63,862 nucleotides of DNA, filler included, from Choristocarpus tenellus KU-1152 (GCA_964200185.2; 12 parts of 12 records of this genome joined end to end with filler, not necessarily neighbours in it); one strand, 5' to 3'. Shown: positions 24,350 through 37,379, numbered from the whole stretch's first letter. Translations and numbers: made by a program. The notes: generated by a model not told the origin, from the letters alone.

Positions 24350-25471
24350 ATGCAACCACTCATTGCGGCCAACATTGAATTCAAATCAATCTTGCCACAC
24401 CCCACAACGGGTAGTGGTGTGCCGTCAGCCACGATCATGTTGTGGCCTTGTCGACATGTGGTGAAGTCATACATGTACACGGAGTCTTTTGTCACACTAT
24501 TGGAGGCCCCCCAATCAAAACACCATGTTTCGAAAGCATTCAAACTCACCTTGTTGTTATCAGCCACCATAGCTAACATGATCTTGAATTTCCGCCCACC
24601 TCCTTTTCTAGCTGGGCAACACACGTTCCAGCTAAGTTACCCGTTGACTCTAACGGGGTCGCCCTCCTCTGGCATCAGACAGCCTGCCTGTGCCCTTTGC
24701 TCCCATAGCTGTAACACTATCCTTCAAAGGTGCAAGAACTGGTGTGTCTGACCAACCCACAGTTAAAGCATTTTTCAATTGTCTTGGTCTCGCCCCTGGC
24801 ACGGGATCCTGTCGTACGAAGGTCTGTACGATGACCAGTTGTACCTTGGCCGTCTCCTCGGCTGGTCCGGTTTTGGCTCCTCGTTGAGCTCATAGTCCCT
24901 ACGGCGAGAGCGCTCGCAGACTCTCTGCGATCTGCTACCTCTCGTTGGAGAGAGAAGCAGCGTGAGCGAGCAGCTCGTTGGATCTTACCTCTCGGACACT
25001 CACTTATATTATGACGCTGGAGGTAGTGTTTGGTTATCTGATATTCATCATCCAAACAGTCCAACATAGCGATTTGAAGAACCTGTTCGGAGATCACATG
25101 CCCCAACATTACCATCTGCTCAACCCAATCCATCATCGTGGTAAAAACGTGATATAGGGGTCTGAACCCCGTGGCATCTTGACCATCATCACCTTCTTTT
25201 GAAGTCTTGCTATTTCCTCCTCAGAGTGAATAAGGAAATGTTCCTCCAGCTGCCGCCAAGCTTCTGATGGTGACGCTGCATTGCGGACAATGCACCTGCA
25301 GAAGCCAGTGGTGGTACTTCTAAAAAAAACGTCATCCTCCCCCATAATGAAATCTATGTCACCCACTCTGATGGGTTCCTCCCTGACTTCTAATGCCTCA
25401 TCAATGTCACCCTTTGCACCCAATATTGCATGCATTGTGGAGGAGTTTGATATGAACCCATCTGAGGCCAT
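24350..25471 (-). mobile_element. Decayed Copia gag, zinc knuckle and protease
   Basis: KMPRGSDP gag motif; CFNCGLVRHTSS; WCFDWGASNSVT...VADGTPLPVVGCGKI. Confidence 0.8.
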
Positions 25472-25829
25472 GAGTGATGTAATACCAACTCAAACCGATC
25501 CAGTTCGGCTGCGCCTCCCCTAGCCAGAGTTTATTGATTAGACGCTTACACATGTTGATAAACTTGGCGCGTGTAAGGGTCATCGCCCAAAGCTGCTGGT
25601 TGAGGTACATGGTAAAACATACACTGAGTTATTGATTGCCCGCCAGGTGTCCAATATTGGTGGAGAATGTGGGTATAATGTTCCTGACCATATACCACAT
25701 TCATCACATAAATGTGCAACAATCTCTTCAATAATGTCTGCCTGGATAAAAGCTGTTGTTTTCGAGATGTCGGCTAATTATATAAAACTTATTTCTCTGT
25801 TTCCATGGAGACTACCCTTGTGATGTGTG

Positions 25830-26380
25830 CGGGTGATTATTCTATTAGAGTGCTAACGGATGAGCTCCCTCCAGAACCCAAGACAGTAAGAGCAACACGT
25901 AGCTCTCCTGAGTGTGATTTATGGGATCGAGCTAGAGCAGAAGAGATGTCTGGATTGTTGTTGAATAATGTTTGGGTTGAGGCCGTATTACCCCCTGGAC
26001 GCAAAGCAATAGACACTGTATGGATTCACAAGCGTAAGACTAACAAGTTGGTGAGGTAGTGAGATACAACGCACGTATGGTAGCAAAATGTTTTGGACAG
26101 GTTGAGGGTTTAGATTACCAAGATACCTTTGCTCCAACACCGTCGCCTGCGTCTTTGAATATGGTTTTAGCATTAGCTGGTGACAAGGATTGGGATTATA
26201 AGCGTTGGGATATGAAACAAGCTTTTATCCAGGCAGATGTTATCCGAACCGTTTGCTAGTGATTAGTTGAATGAGAAACATTATCATATAGAGGAAATAT
26301 TTCTGATTTTATGGGTGCTGCATGCCCCGCTTAACTTTAATCAATCACTCTACAGACACCAAGCAATCTCGCTGGGTTTA
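25830..26380 (+). mobile_element. Decayed Copia reverse transcriptase (RVT_2) fragment
   Basis: EPKT...EEMSGL...YNARMVAKCFGQVEGLDYQDTFAPT...WDMKQAFIQAD. Confidence 0.9.
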
Positions 26381-26428
26381 TCACCTTTATTCTCTTTGAT
26401 GAAGTGGGAGATACTTTAACACAATATA

Positions 26429-28769
26429 TTGAACCTTACGTTTCTAACCCATCATTTCATCATGTCTACACGAGGAGATATGATTCAAGAATTGCGGGAA
26501 CCTGTTCCTTTTGAGGGCCCATCTGTCCAAGAATTCAGACAGCTTATGGCGATGGTAGCGCAGTTGTCAAGAAACGTTGGCAATCTCATGGTTCAGTCAC
26601 AAAGAGTCAACAATGGAAATCATCCCGTCGTCCAGGCCGCTGTGCCCAGCACATGGCCTCCGGCTGGGGGCGTACCAGTCGAAGTGGGTCCTATGGAACC
26701 CACGTTGAGGGAAAATTTCCCAGAGAGGGAAAACAGTTTGGATGCTGTGAGCGTCAGAAGTGGGGCAAGCCGAAGGTCCGGTTCTTCGGAGAGCTTGGGG
26801 TCAGGCGCACATATTGTTTGCCCTACGACAAAGAGATCAAGAACCCAACTACCAAAACTATTGGACGACTCGGACTACCGGGACTGGCGGAGGCGTTTCA
26901 TCGTGCATTGCAGATATACTCACTGTTTGGATGCGTTGATAAGTGAAACACCAGTCAATCAAGAACGCTCCTACAAGGAACTTCTCTCGGACAACTTCAG
27001 TGTGAAATATATCTGGATGTCCGAAGAGGCCTACGATGCACTTAGTGTTGCTCTCATTGCACCCACCACCAGGGCACTGTGCTATATGCACCAAAGCACG
27101 AGCGAGCCTTTCCGAGCTATAGATGATTGGTTCCTGCCTAATACAGTGGGTAATAGCCAACATTTGTTTCGTGAGTTTTTCACTTCAAAGATGGAGAAGG
27201 GGGCGAGTCCGATCCTGACCTTAAACCACTTGGAAGAGCTACGGGAGATGATGTTATCAATGGACCAGGTCATCTCGGACAAGTTGCTGCTCCTACAGTT
27301 CCTGAGTGCTCTCGGATCAGATTAAGTTCCCGAGATACGCATGATGGCCTCGCAGAGAACACTATGTCGAGCAGACGTAGAGAAACCTGCTAGAGAGCGA
27401 TATGCTTCCCTTCATCCGGGCAAGGACTCAAGACACAAGAACAGCCATGCCTTGGTTGTAAACAGCTCATCGCAAGGGAAGAGTCAGTCTCATCGTAACG
27501 GCCAAGGTCGCGGGGCCGAACGTAAATTTAATGGTGGAAGAAAGAAAAATACTTCTAATTCCAACCCAAAGCGTTCCGAGAAGATATCTTGTGAGACATG
27601 CGGAAAGGATAGACATGAAAAGACAGCTTGCCCAAACCGCATTTGCACCAAATGTGGTGGACGCGCGCATGATGCAACAACATGTACTTCGGTGTTCTTG
27701 ACTACGGTGCAGTCTGAGAAAGGAGAGATCAAGACCGAGGCGAATCCTTTCCACATTACTGTGGGAAGTATCACCAGCTGCGGCGACAACAAGCGATACG
27801 CACTACTGATCGCCACTGAGGACTCTCCGAGCAGCAATGCTCCCGGCAAGTGTGGGAAACATGAATGTTTGGTGTCAAGGGTTGGGGTTTGCCGCGAGAA
27901 AGAAGATTGGATTTTGGACAGTGCAGCTTCCTGTCACGTAACTAATATGATAACATACATGATAAATTACAAGCCATGCATTGGAGACAAAAGGGTAGTT
28001 ACTGCCAGCCAAAATTCCTTTATCATCGCTGGTCATGGTGATCTAACCATCTTGTTTCCTTCACGTGGCAACAAGGAGGTAGAAATACTCTTCAATTTGT
28101 CACCTATGTCTCTGATCTTGGATTCAACCTTTCCTCTTGCCAAGCAGCAGTAGATAAGGATGCGAAAGGCATTTTCACAGTCAGTACGTTCTCGTTGTTA
28201 GATGGAATACTTAACTTCACAAGAGATCCTGGTTGCCACTACAACCTCCATGGTCAACGCATATTTCCGCGAATAAATCGAAATGCTGAAGTTGCTTAAG
28301 AGGCCACAATAGCCTCCTCGCTTGCACCCCACGCTCCCCACACCAACGTCGACATTAACCTCTTCCACCGCTCTTATGGCCACGCACACGAGGCATTGCT
28401 CAAGTCCACCGCCACTTCAATGGGCATTACATTGGTGGGTGAGCTGGAGCCATGTGTGGGCTGCTCTATGAGCAAGGGCATACGGAAGGGCGTTCGGTCC
28501 AGCACGTCTACAAGGGTGATAAGAAAGCTGGATCGGGTTTTTGTCGACTTAAGTGGGAAGAGGGCTACCCTTTCAATCGGTGGTAAGCAATACAACATGA
28601 TAATTCGGGACGATTATTCCCGTTTTGTTTGGTTGTATTTCCTTCGTGCAAAGTCGGATGCCACCGAAGCCTTCAAGAAGTACCTGGCCGATATCCGGGC
28701 TGATGGTACTCCCTCTCGGGTCATGTGTGTACGGTCTGATAATGGGGGGGAATTTTATGAGGGTGCTTT
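26429..28769 (+). mobile_element. Copia LTR retrotransposon gag-pol (gag, two zinc knuckles, protease, integrase), interrupted by stops and a frameshift, cut by contig end
   Basis: MEKGASP gag; CETCGKDRHEKTAC and CTKCGGRAHDATTC; WILDSAASCH; LFHRSYGH...CVGC; RVFVDLSG...RDDYSR...RSDNGGEF. Confidence 0.95.
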
Positions 28770-29500
28770 NNNNNNNNNNNNNNNNNNNNNNNNNNNNNNN
28801 NNNNNNNNNNNNNTTAATTAATTAANNNNNNNNNNNNNNNNNNNNNNNNNNNNNNNNNNNNNNNNNNNNCCTCCCAGTTACTTTGGGTCAACATTTACAA
28901 AAAAAAACATATTGGCACTTTTTCTGCACCAGTTTCGGTCAAAACCATCCTCAATAGTACGCTCCATGCTCAATTTTTAAAATCCACTGTTAAATGCAAC
29001 TCTAGGTACCTCTTGTTTACTTCGACCCATATTTAATCTTTCACAAGATCAAACCTTCAGATTTTTTTTATTCACAGCTCTGTGAGGAGTACGAGACTCT
29101 TCTTTGCTTTTGAGTTATCATGTAATTAAACAGATTCGGACAACTCTATTCGAATTATTGGAAGGGCTCTACGAGTATAGCTTTATGAATATCCTACTGC
29201 CACTACAACAGTGTGTATGTTTCACACATGCATTCAGATTAGTACAGAGACCATGATGAATAACAGGCACAGCAGGTATACCGGTCTGTGGCGGGTCATT
29301 ACATTGATTGTGTGTACACTCTCCTGTATGTCCAAACTACAACAACACTCAGCAAATCATTGTTCTTCAGTGTAGTGATTGAGGATGTTATGGTGGCTTG
29401 CTCTTGTATCAATGGTGATTGATTTGGTGCACATCTTGTATGATGAAAATTAATCTGTAGTAGTAGTAGGTCCCAACTCTTTCTTCTCAAAGTCAGAAAT

Positions 29501-29675
29501 GACCCAAAGTATCTGGGGGGGGGGGCACTAGGGTGTCCATTTGGGTCGTAAACAGGAAAAGTGCACTTACATTAATTATCCATCCGACGTATGCAACCAA
29601 ATCAACCAAAAATCGCGACATAAAGCAATTGACCCTAAATGAACAGCCGCCACCCCCCCCCAGATACTTTGAGCC
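29501..29675. mobile_element. MITE family B, complete, TSD AAAT
   Basis: AAAT|GACCCAAAGTATCT...GATACTTTGAGCC|AAAT. Confidence 0.92.
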
Positions 29676-31300
29676 AAATGTGGATTCCATTTTATTTTGT
29701 CGCGCCATTTCCCACCCTCGTTCTTTTATTAAATCATGTAAGATGGGAGTTTTATGTTGTCAGCACTATCCACTCAGGAGATTGAGGTGTCCACTTGTCA
29801 CCATCGTGTATGAAGGGAGGTTGTGCTCCGAAGGTCAAAACGACCACTTGTTGAAGGCATTGTTTTCGAAACCTCAAGGTCGCGCCTCAAGTCTTCAAGT
29901 AATAGTTTTTTTTTTGTGAGTTTGTCGAGGTGAGGAAGGACATTGTGAGAAATCGGAAGCTAAAATGTACAGGAAGATTGGCGAAGTCAATATATACTGT
30001 TTGTTCCTACACCAATGATAGCCGTCCTTTCCACCAATAGTATTCGTGTGCAAAGTGTGAGAGAACATAATACATGAAATGAGTATCTATACGTGGGATG
30101 TTTCTCTTCTAGCTCCTCACCCCGGGGTGTAGGACTAAGCTAGGTTGGAGGCATAGGAGGGCAGTGGTGTAGCATAAGCTGGTAGTAAAATAGTAAATAG
30201 ATTAAAAAAAATGTCTTACACCACCATTTCACCATCAACTTCCTCCTTGTCCCCCGCTTCGCCTTTTTCTATATTATTACGTTCTTTGTTGTGGCACTTT
30301 TCCTTGCTTAGTCAAGTACATTGTCCAGCACAATCACCCAACCCTCATCTGCCATGATGACAAGCATACTTATTTTCCAGAAGTATTGCCCCACAGAAGT
30401 GGTTATATGATTACTAATTCTTCAACCCTCTCAAGCACATGTTGTCTATATGAACACTCTGTAGTCAAATATGCATTGTGAGAATGTTAACATTTCAATC
30501 GATGTATTTCTGGCTGAATTTTTCCCCCTACCCGCCATGAAAATTCGTCAGTTACACCCACAAGAAAGAACCTCCAATCTACTTGCTCATTCCATTCTTA
30601 CGTTTTCACGCACCCCAGTTCCCCACAACAAAGAAAAAGGTCAAAAGTTTGAAGAATGCCAAAAAAGGTACCTACGTAGTCCCATTTCTTAGAATATCGT
30701 ATCATATCGAGATCTACTTTTTTGCCAATATCAGTCATGTCAATTATGAAATCACTCCACAATATTTTTGAGAGTCTTAACTAGAGGTACATAATATCAG
30801 GTCTATTCGCCATCGTAAACAATGTTTTACAAGGTTACTCACACAAGATAATGCCGCAAAACGGCATTTTTGATCCTGGTTGTGGCTTTTCGAGAAGATT
30901 TTCGTTCAATTTGTAACGTCGTCACGATGACATTGCTAATCATATAAGTAAAAGAAATTTTTGCTTGAAGGGTTAGGCATATCATTTCATTCAAGACCAA
31001 GTGAAGTATTTTGTTGTAGGAAAATGTGAAAGACTGAATTTCCAACAACGCCTGTACAAACGTAGTTCCTGATCCCATTACCTATCCATTTGAAACGCAG
31101 TCGAGAACATGTAACTCCCAGTCGTACGTGTATGCTCTTGCCCAAATGGGTTATGAAGTCCTTTTAATCCCTGCCATACTCACCATACTCACCGCCCATT
31201 TGTCTTAAAGCTCCCACATTTTTCCATTGAAGAAGTCGCTTGTTTCTTGAAAGCGAGACGAAAGAAGTTTGCTCATTGTTTAGCTGTGGCTACAGGTGAA

Positions 31301-31415
31301 GGTTCAAAGTATCTGGGGGGGGGTGGCGGCTGTCCATTTGGGGTTAATTTTTTCATGTTGCAATTTTTGGGTGATTTGGTTGCATACGTCGGAGGGATAA
31401 TGTGTTAAAGTATCC
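31301..31415. mobile_element. MITE family B, cut near contig end
   Basis: GGTTCAAAGTATCTGGGGGGGGTGGCGGCTGTCCATTTGGGG. Confidence 0.8.
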
Positions 31416-32278
31416 NNNNNNNNNNNNNNNNNNNNNNNNNNNNNNNNNNNNNNNNNNNNTTAATTAATTAANNNNNNNNNNNNNNNNNNNNNNNNNNNNN
31501 NNNNNNNNNNNNNNNTGACCGAAACGGACGCCCCCTCACAAACCACCACCCCCCCACAGATACTTTGACCCGTCAAGTTACGTGTGGTAACAATGGCACC
31601 AGTCTGAGTAAGAACACAGTATGAATCATGGGGGCGATTGATCCCCGGCCCTAGGTAACAACGCCGTTGAGCCTTTTGGATAGTCTTACGGGTCTTATTG
31701 GGACGGCAAAACCAAGGTTGTAGAAATTGGTAGGTCAACAGGGATGCAGGGGTGCCATATCACATTTCATACGGTGATTTACAGTCAGGATTAGCCGTGG
31801 TTGACGTGCGATTTAGCAAGTCACAGGCATAGTTTTGAGCTTTAGCCCATAGAGAGTCTGTCTTTGGGATAGTGACAAGAGAGAAAATGAGTGGAGCTTG
31901 GAGGCGGACAGCTAATGAAGCTTCATCAATGATACCCAACATGCATTCAGCAACCCCATTAAATTGAGGGCTGTTTGCAGGTGTAAATTCTTGTTTTATC
32001 CTGCAATCACGGCAAAGGGCGCCAGAAGTTCCCTCATAAAATTCCTCCCCCATTATCAGACTGCATGCACATGTCCCGAGAGGGAGTACCGTCAGCCTGG
32101 ATATCGGCCAGGTACTTCTTGAAGGCTTTGGCAGCATCCGACTTAGCACAAAGGAAATACAACTAAACAAAACGAGAATAATCGTCCCAGATTATCATGG
32201 TGTATCGTTTACCACTGATTGAAAGGGTAGCCCTCTTCCAACTTAGATCGACAAAAAACCAATCCAGCTAACCACCCT

Positions 32279-32537
32279 GAGTGAAAGTATCTTAGAGGGT
32301 ACGAGTTTTGCGCTATTTGTCCGTTTGAGGCTTGCCTTCCCATGTTATTTTTAAATTACATTTTCCTACTCCAAATTTTTCGGAGTAGGTACAATGTATG
32401 TGTTATGAAATTGTGTGACTGGAACAAGGATATTGATACTTCCTAACAAATACGATAGCCAAAATTACATCAAAATCGCAACGTCGGAATTTCGCCCTCA
32501 AATGGACGCGGCTCTACCCTCTGAGATACTTTGGCTC
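32279..32537 (-). mobile_element. MITE family A inserted in Copia integrase, TSD CCT (or CCCT sharing the terminal C)
   Basis: The empty site is visible in the copy at about 28510 (CACCCTTGTAGAC on the minus strand). Confidence 0.92.
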
Positions 32538-32626
32538 CCTTGTAGACGTGCTGGACAGGATGCCCTTCTGTATTCCCTTGCTCACAGAGCAGCCTGCACA
32601 TGGCTCCAGGTCACCCACCAATGTAA

Positions 32627-33173
32627 TATTACAGGCGAATAGCGTGAGCGTCTCTTCTCATGTTTTAGCAAACACGAACATTTGTGACAGACATATAGTG
32701 CGAGGATTGTTCCTCGCGTTCAAGTGCAAACAATATACGATATTAGTAACAAATAGGTAGCCTTACAGAATAAATGATGATTTCATAGGATATATTGAGT
32801 AAGATTTGGAATGCATATGTAACATTACAGAAGAAAATTTCAAAGTCCCTAATAAGTTGCAGAATAAAGGGTATGATTGGAGTACATGTAGAGCAGTTGC
32901 ATAGAAGACCAAAGAAATCGGGTGGGTGATGAAAATAATAAGAGGGCTTTTGATTAAACACCTTGACCCCTCTTACCTCCAGTCCTTTCTTTATCTTGAA
33001 CGAAACTTTGAGTCAAGCTTTGAGCTAAGCACTGAGTGGAATATCAAGAGAGAAGGATACCTGACACCCTACAAACTGTTATCAAGGGTAACGTTCCCAT
33101 AGCGCCGTTTTAAGGTCTTTGGATTTGAGTTGCGTACCCTGTGGAGGTGAGTTCTGAGGGGCACACTGTAACA
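32627..33173. mobile_element. Solo LTR, family 2, TSD GTAA, inserted in Copia
   Basis: GTAA|TATTACAG...CTGTAACA|GTAA; empty site CAATGTAATGCCC in the paralogous Copia. Confidence 0.85.
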
Positions 33174-33337
33174 GTAATGCCCATTTAAGTGGCGGTGGAC
33201 TTGAGCAATGTCTCGTGTACGTGGCCATAAGAGTGATGAAAGAGGCTAATGTCGATGTCGGTGTGGGGAGCGCTAGGTGTAAGCGAGGGGACTATGGTGA
33301 CCTTCAAAGCAACTTCAGCATTTTGACCTGGTCGCTA

Positions 33338-33598
33338 GAGTCAAAGTATCTTAGAGGGTAGAGCCACGTCTTTTTGGGGGCAAAAATCCAACCTTGCAAT
33401 TTTGATATAATTTTTGCTATCGAATTTGTTTGGAAGTGTCAATATCCTTGTTCTAGACACACCTTTTCATAATGCACACATTTCACCTATTCCGATACTT
33501 TTTGGAATAGGTAAAATATCATAAAAAAAAAATGTGGGAAGCCAAGCCCCAAACGGACAAACAGGGCGAAACTCGTACCCCCTAAGATACTTTCACTC
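33338..33598 (+). mobile_element. MITE family A with adjacent deletion of Copia sequence
   Basis: Full TIRs, no TSD; about 65-70 bp of Copia missing relative to 43412-43478. Confidence 0.9.
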
Positions 33599-33747
33599 AG
33601 CAACGAAAATGTACTAGCTGTGCCAGTGCATTTCGCGCCCATATCTGCTGCGACTTGGTAAGAGAAAGGTTGAATCCAAGATTTGGGACATGTGCGACAT
33701 TATGAAGGAGTATCTCTACTTCCTTGTTGTCACGTGAGGGAAACAAG

Positions 33748-34833
33748 TTGGTCATCCGATGTGGGGAGTGACTGGAAATCAGTGGCGAAGGGGGTTCGCC
33801 CTCTTTGGTCATCAGATGTGGGGGGCCACTGGAAATCAGTGGCGAAGGGGGTTCACTCTGGTTGGTCACAAGGGGTGATAGAGAATGTGGGGAGGAAAGG
33901 GAAAAGGGGGGAATGCAAACATAGAATGAAATAATAATAACCCAGAATTTGTGAGCAAAACAAAGGGAATGTTTATGAAGTAATCTGAGTTTTGTGGGCG
34001 GAAGAATTATGGTTGATTGGGGGCACAAGGGAAGGGAGGGGACAGGAAAGAAGCAAAATTCGCAAGAGGGTGAACAAAGAGTTAAATACTGAGTGGGTGA
34101 GGGAGGAGAGAAGTTAAAGAAATGGGTGGTAGATAGAGGCAGAAGGGAGGAAGATATGGCCAGTATTGAATTGAAGAAAACTTGGGGCTGGTGTGGCAGG
34201 ACGAGGAGGGCTAAATCAAAATGACCCCCGAGCAAGCTTTCCCGCCCACCCACCCTGTCGCTTGCTCATGACCGATTGGGTTGCTGAGGAGGGAGGGGAG
34301 GTCAACTTCGGTTGGGGTAGATGTCTTCTAGTTCAAAGGCACGGTATGAAGTGGATGATGAAGGGGTGCTCTTGGATGATTTTGGAGTAGTGTTGAGTGG
34401 TGTGGGGTGGTGTGGAGTGGTATCTGGTGTGGGTTTGAGTGGGTTTGAGTGGGGTTGAAGGGTGTGGTAGTGACCAGAAATCAGTGGCGAAAGGAATTGC
34501 ACTGGTTGGTTATCAGATAGGGGGGGTAACTGAAAATCAGTGGCGAAGGGGGTTCACTCTGGTTGATCATTGGATGTGGGGTTCACTGGAAATCAGTGGC
34601 GAAGGGGTTTGCATTGGTTGGTCATCAGAGGTGGGTGTTGGCTGGAAATCAGTGGCGAAAGGGGTTTGCATTGGTTGGTCATCGTAAGGGGGGGGAGAGG
34701 ACGGGAAATCATTGGTGAAGAGGTCGCACTGGTTGGTCACAATGGGTGATAGAATGTGGGGAGGAAAGGGAAAAGGTAAGAATGCAAACATAGAATTAAA
34801 TAATAATAATCCAGAATTCGTGTGCAAAACAAA
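33748..34833. mobile_element. Unclassified element with ~57-bp tandem units and long direct repeats
   Basis: GGAAATCAGTGGCGAAGGGG unit x2 (33748-33870) and x5 (34468-34745), each array followed by the same ~90-bp tail; internal part recurs reversed at 59591-59930. Confidence 0.7.
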
Positions 34834-35027
34834 ACTTTGAGCCTGGTGTTAAGGGTGAGCACCCCTAGAAGGTCACTCAGGAAGGAGCTTGTAAGCTCAA
34901 CTCAAACAACTCGATAATAAGGTGATTAGGTAGGAAATGGTAGAAAATCGTAGAGTATTTTCAGAAACTATCAATTTATTCCTTCATCACGATTCCTTAG
35001 GGAAATACCAACCGAAATTTGTACAAA

Positions 35028-35332
35028 TGTGAAACAGATGGAAACAAGCCGACAGGTTCTTCATAATGAAGGGGAGCGGGAAGACCACAGGAGGTAAGGT
35101 CAAAGAGAGAGACAAGTCAAGGGGGAGAGCAATCCCTCAGAAGATCACTCAAGAAAAGAGTGTTCCAGATGGTAACTGAATGAGGGGGGGGTTGGCAAGG
35201 TCACTCCAAACCACCCGATCTTACTTCAAGCAGATCTTACCTTCAACATGCAAGAACAAATGTCATGTGAATATCATAACTTCAAGATAGGTCACCTTCA
35301 GGGTATATCTTCTGTGGAAGATGGCTATCACA
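35028..35332. mobile_element. Solo LTR, family 1, TSD CAAA
   Basis: CAAA|TGTGAAACAG...GGCTATCACA|CAAA. Confidence 0.85.
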
Positions 35333-35695
35333 CAAAAAGCTTTTTCAACTAATCAACTTAATTACATAGATTCAAGACAAATTTTCTATGCAGCTGAATA
35401 AGACCAATTCAAAATCTCTCATTAAGAAATCTGTAAATAAACGGTATCATTCGAAAAAGATGTTGGAAGGTGGGCTGTATACCCTCCGATTTCTCAAAAT
35501 GTTTCATCTCCATAATCAAATTTCCATGATCTAATTCCTAACCTTCACATTTCAAATACAATACATTGTATACCTTACAACGGATGTAAAGTAGTAATAC
35601 TACCAATCCGCATCCCACAAGAGTTCCGAGTAGCAGAACTATGGTAGCATTGTCTAACTCAAAACCCTCTTGAGTCCATCTGTATCTCCAAGTAG

Positions 35696-36067
35696 TTGAA
35701 TACAAGTCTCTATGCCATGGAATTGATAAGGTTTTGTGAAGGCACTTGGGATGATGGAAAGATAAAGGAGTCTCATAAACGATCCCGATCTAGGGAAAGC
35801 AAACGGACAAGTCCTCAGCGATCCCGGTCCAAACTCAGTCAGTACTTCCCAGGAAAAGAAGAGAAGGCCCCTTCCTTGCCAAATGGAATCCAGCGCAGTC
35901 GATTCTTTGTGACGTCCCCGGACAGTTGCCTGGGAAGTGCCTCATCCTTCGATTGGGGCTCAGCCTATACCCAGGAAGTCATGGAAGCCTTCCAGACGTG
36001 CCCACTATACGAGAGTTTCGGTGTACGGCACCTTTGTGAGCAACTATGCTACCTCCATGCATATGAG
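35696..36067 (+). CDS. Probable exon of an unknown host gene
   Basis: tag acceptor at 35693-35695, open Ser/Arg-rich frame ending ...LCYLHAYE|gtgcgt. Confidence 0.45.
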
Positions 36068-36301
36068 GTGCGTGATTTTGTATTGTTTTTCTTTCCTTTG
36101 TCTCTGCCAACGGTGTCCCATCTCCCGTGTGCATTTGTGTCTGTGGCCATCGTCTTGCTTTCCTGTTGTCCTGTATTGAATTGCTCGGCCCATATTTTAT
36201 GTACAAACCCTGCTGTTCCGGGGTGTGTAAGCTCCTGCAGCAATGTTATTGATGCTCGAGTTGTACAACTCATCTATTTCACTGTTGATGGTATGCCTTA
36301 G

Positions 36302-36558
36302 ATCAAATCCTGTGCATGTTCATGTTTGCGTCGAATGAGCAGAAACAATGTCGTGGTTGCTGGAAGGCTGTGTGTGCACAGTGCAAAATGCGCACTGACG
36401 GGAAACTTTCCCCACAACTATCTTGTCTCGTATGTCAAAATATAACCATTTTTTCTTCCGACTGTGAAGCACGATCATTCGAACGATCAATCATATCAGG
36501 AGATACCATCATTCTTCCTTCCAATCCTCGCAGCCTTGCCGCAAATGGCATGCCCTGA
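36302..36558 (+). CDS. Probable terminal exon with FYVE-like zinc finger (one apparent 1-nt frameshift)
   Basis: tag|IKSCACSCLRRMSR / QCRGCWKAVCAQCK...SCLVC; needs +1 A at about 36345. Confidence 0.4.
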
Positions 36559-36890
36559 GGTGTGCCGTAGTGAGGGCTGGGGGCTCATCCCGCCAGCTTC
36601 AAGGTTGGACTGTCCGCATAGACGCTGGGCGAGGACCCCTAAAGCCAGGTGCTGGGGCTAAGCCTTGGCGGGTGTCATATATTGCTCCTGATGTGAGTCC
36701 CTCGTCGTACCGATGTTCTCTACTCAACCATTGCCCCCACCCCCCCCCCTCCTGATGCATCACCCTCGCTTTAATCCCGAAGTGATTCAANNNNNNNNNN
36801 NNNNNNNNNNNNNNNNNNNNNNNNNNNNNNNNNNTTAATTAATTAANNNNNNNNNNNNNNNNNNNNNNNNNNNNNNNNNNNNNNNNNNNN

Positions 36891-37048
36891 GTCTACATCA
36901 GGGTGTCCATTTGGAACAAAATCAGGAAAAGTGCATTTACAGTATCCATCCGACGTATGCAACCAAATCACCCAAAAATCACGACATGAAAAAATTGACC
37001 CCAAATAGACAATAGACAGCCGCCACCCCCTCCCAGATACTGTGAGCC
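36891..37048. mobile_element. MITE family B at contig start
   Basis: GGGTGTCCATTTGG...CCCAGATACTGTGAGCC. Confidence 0.8.
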
Positions 37049-37379
37049 AACACCTGCATTTATAGATTCAATGCCCTGTATCTATTTGCGTTTCCAAACG
37101 TGTACACACCACCTGTCAATCCTGGTGATACAGGCATTTTCATATTCGATGCCCTGCACTTATTTGCGTTTCCAACTGTGTACACACTACCTTGCTCTAA
37201 TGCTGGCACCAATCTTTCGTAATGCACCTGAAGGTAGTCGTGAATTTACCACACGTGTTCAAAAGGAATATGAGTTATCTGCTTCTAACTTTGACCAAGC
37301 AACGCCCGTCCAAAGTGATCGTGAACTATTTATTAGTTCCACTACCGTGTTTCCTTCAGTGGACCCGGAGCAATTGCGT

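Larger units (their letters stand above)
31572..33747 (-). mobile_element. Older copy of the same Copia family (protease to integrase) with nested insertions
   Basis: NKEVEILLHNVAHVPNLGFNL; KQEFTPANSPQFNGVAE; DLLNRT...CKSPYEM; DNA similarity to 28.0-28.8 kb. Confidence 0.9.

Noticed and set aside
34468-34745. GGAAATCAGTGGCGAAGGGG repeats as a CRISPR array or hammerhead ribozymes
   Set aside because: The intervening sequences are homologous to each other, so this is a tandem unit; CTGATGA is not followed by a stem II and GAAA.
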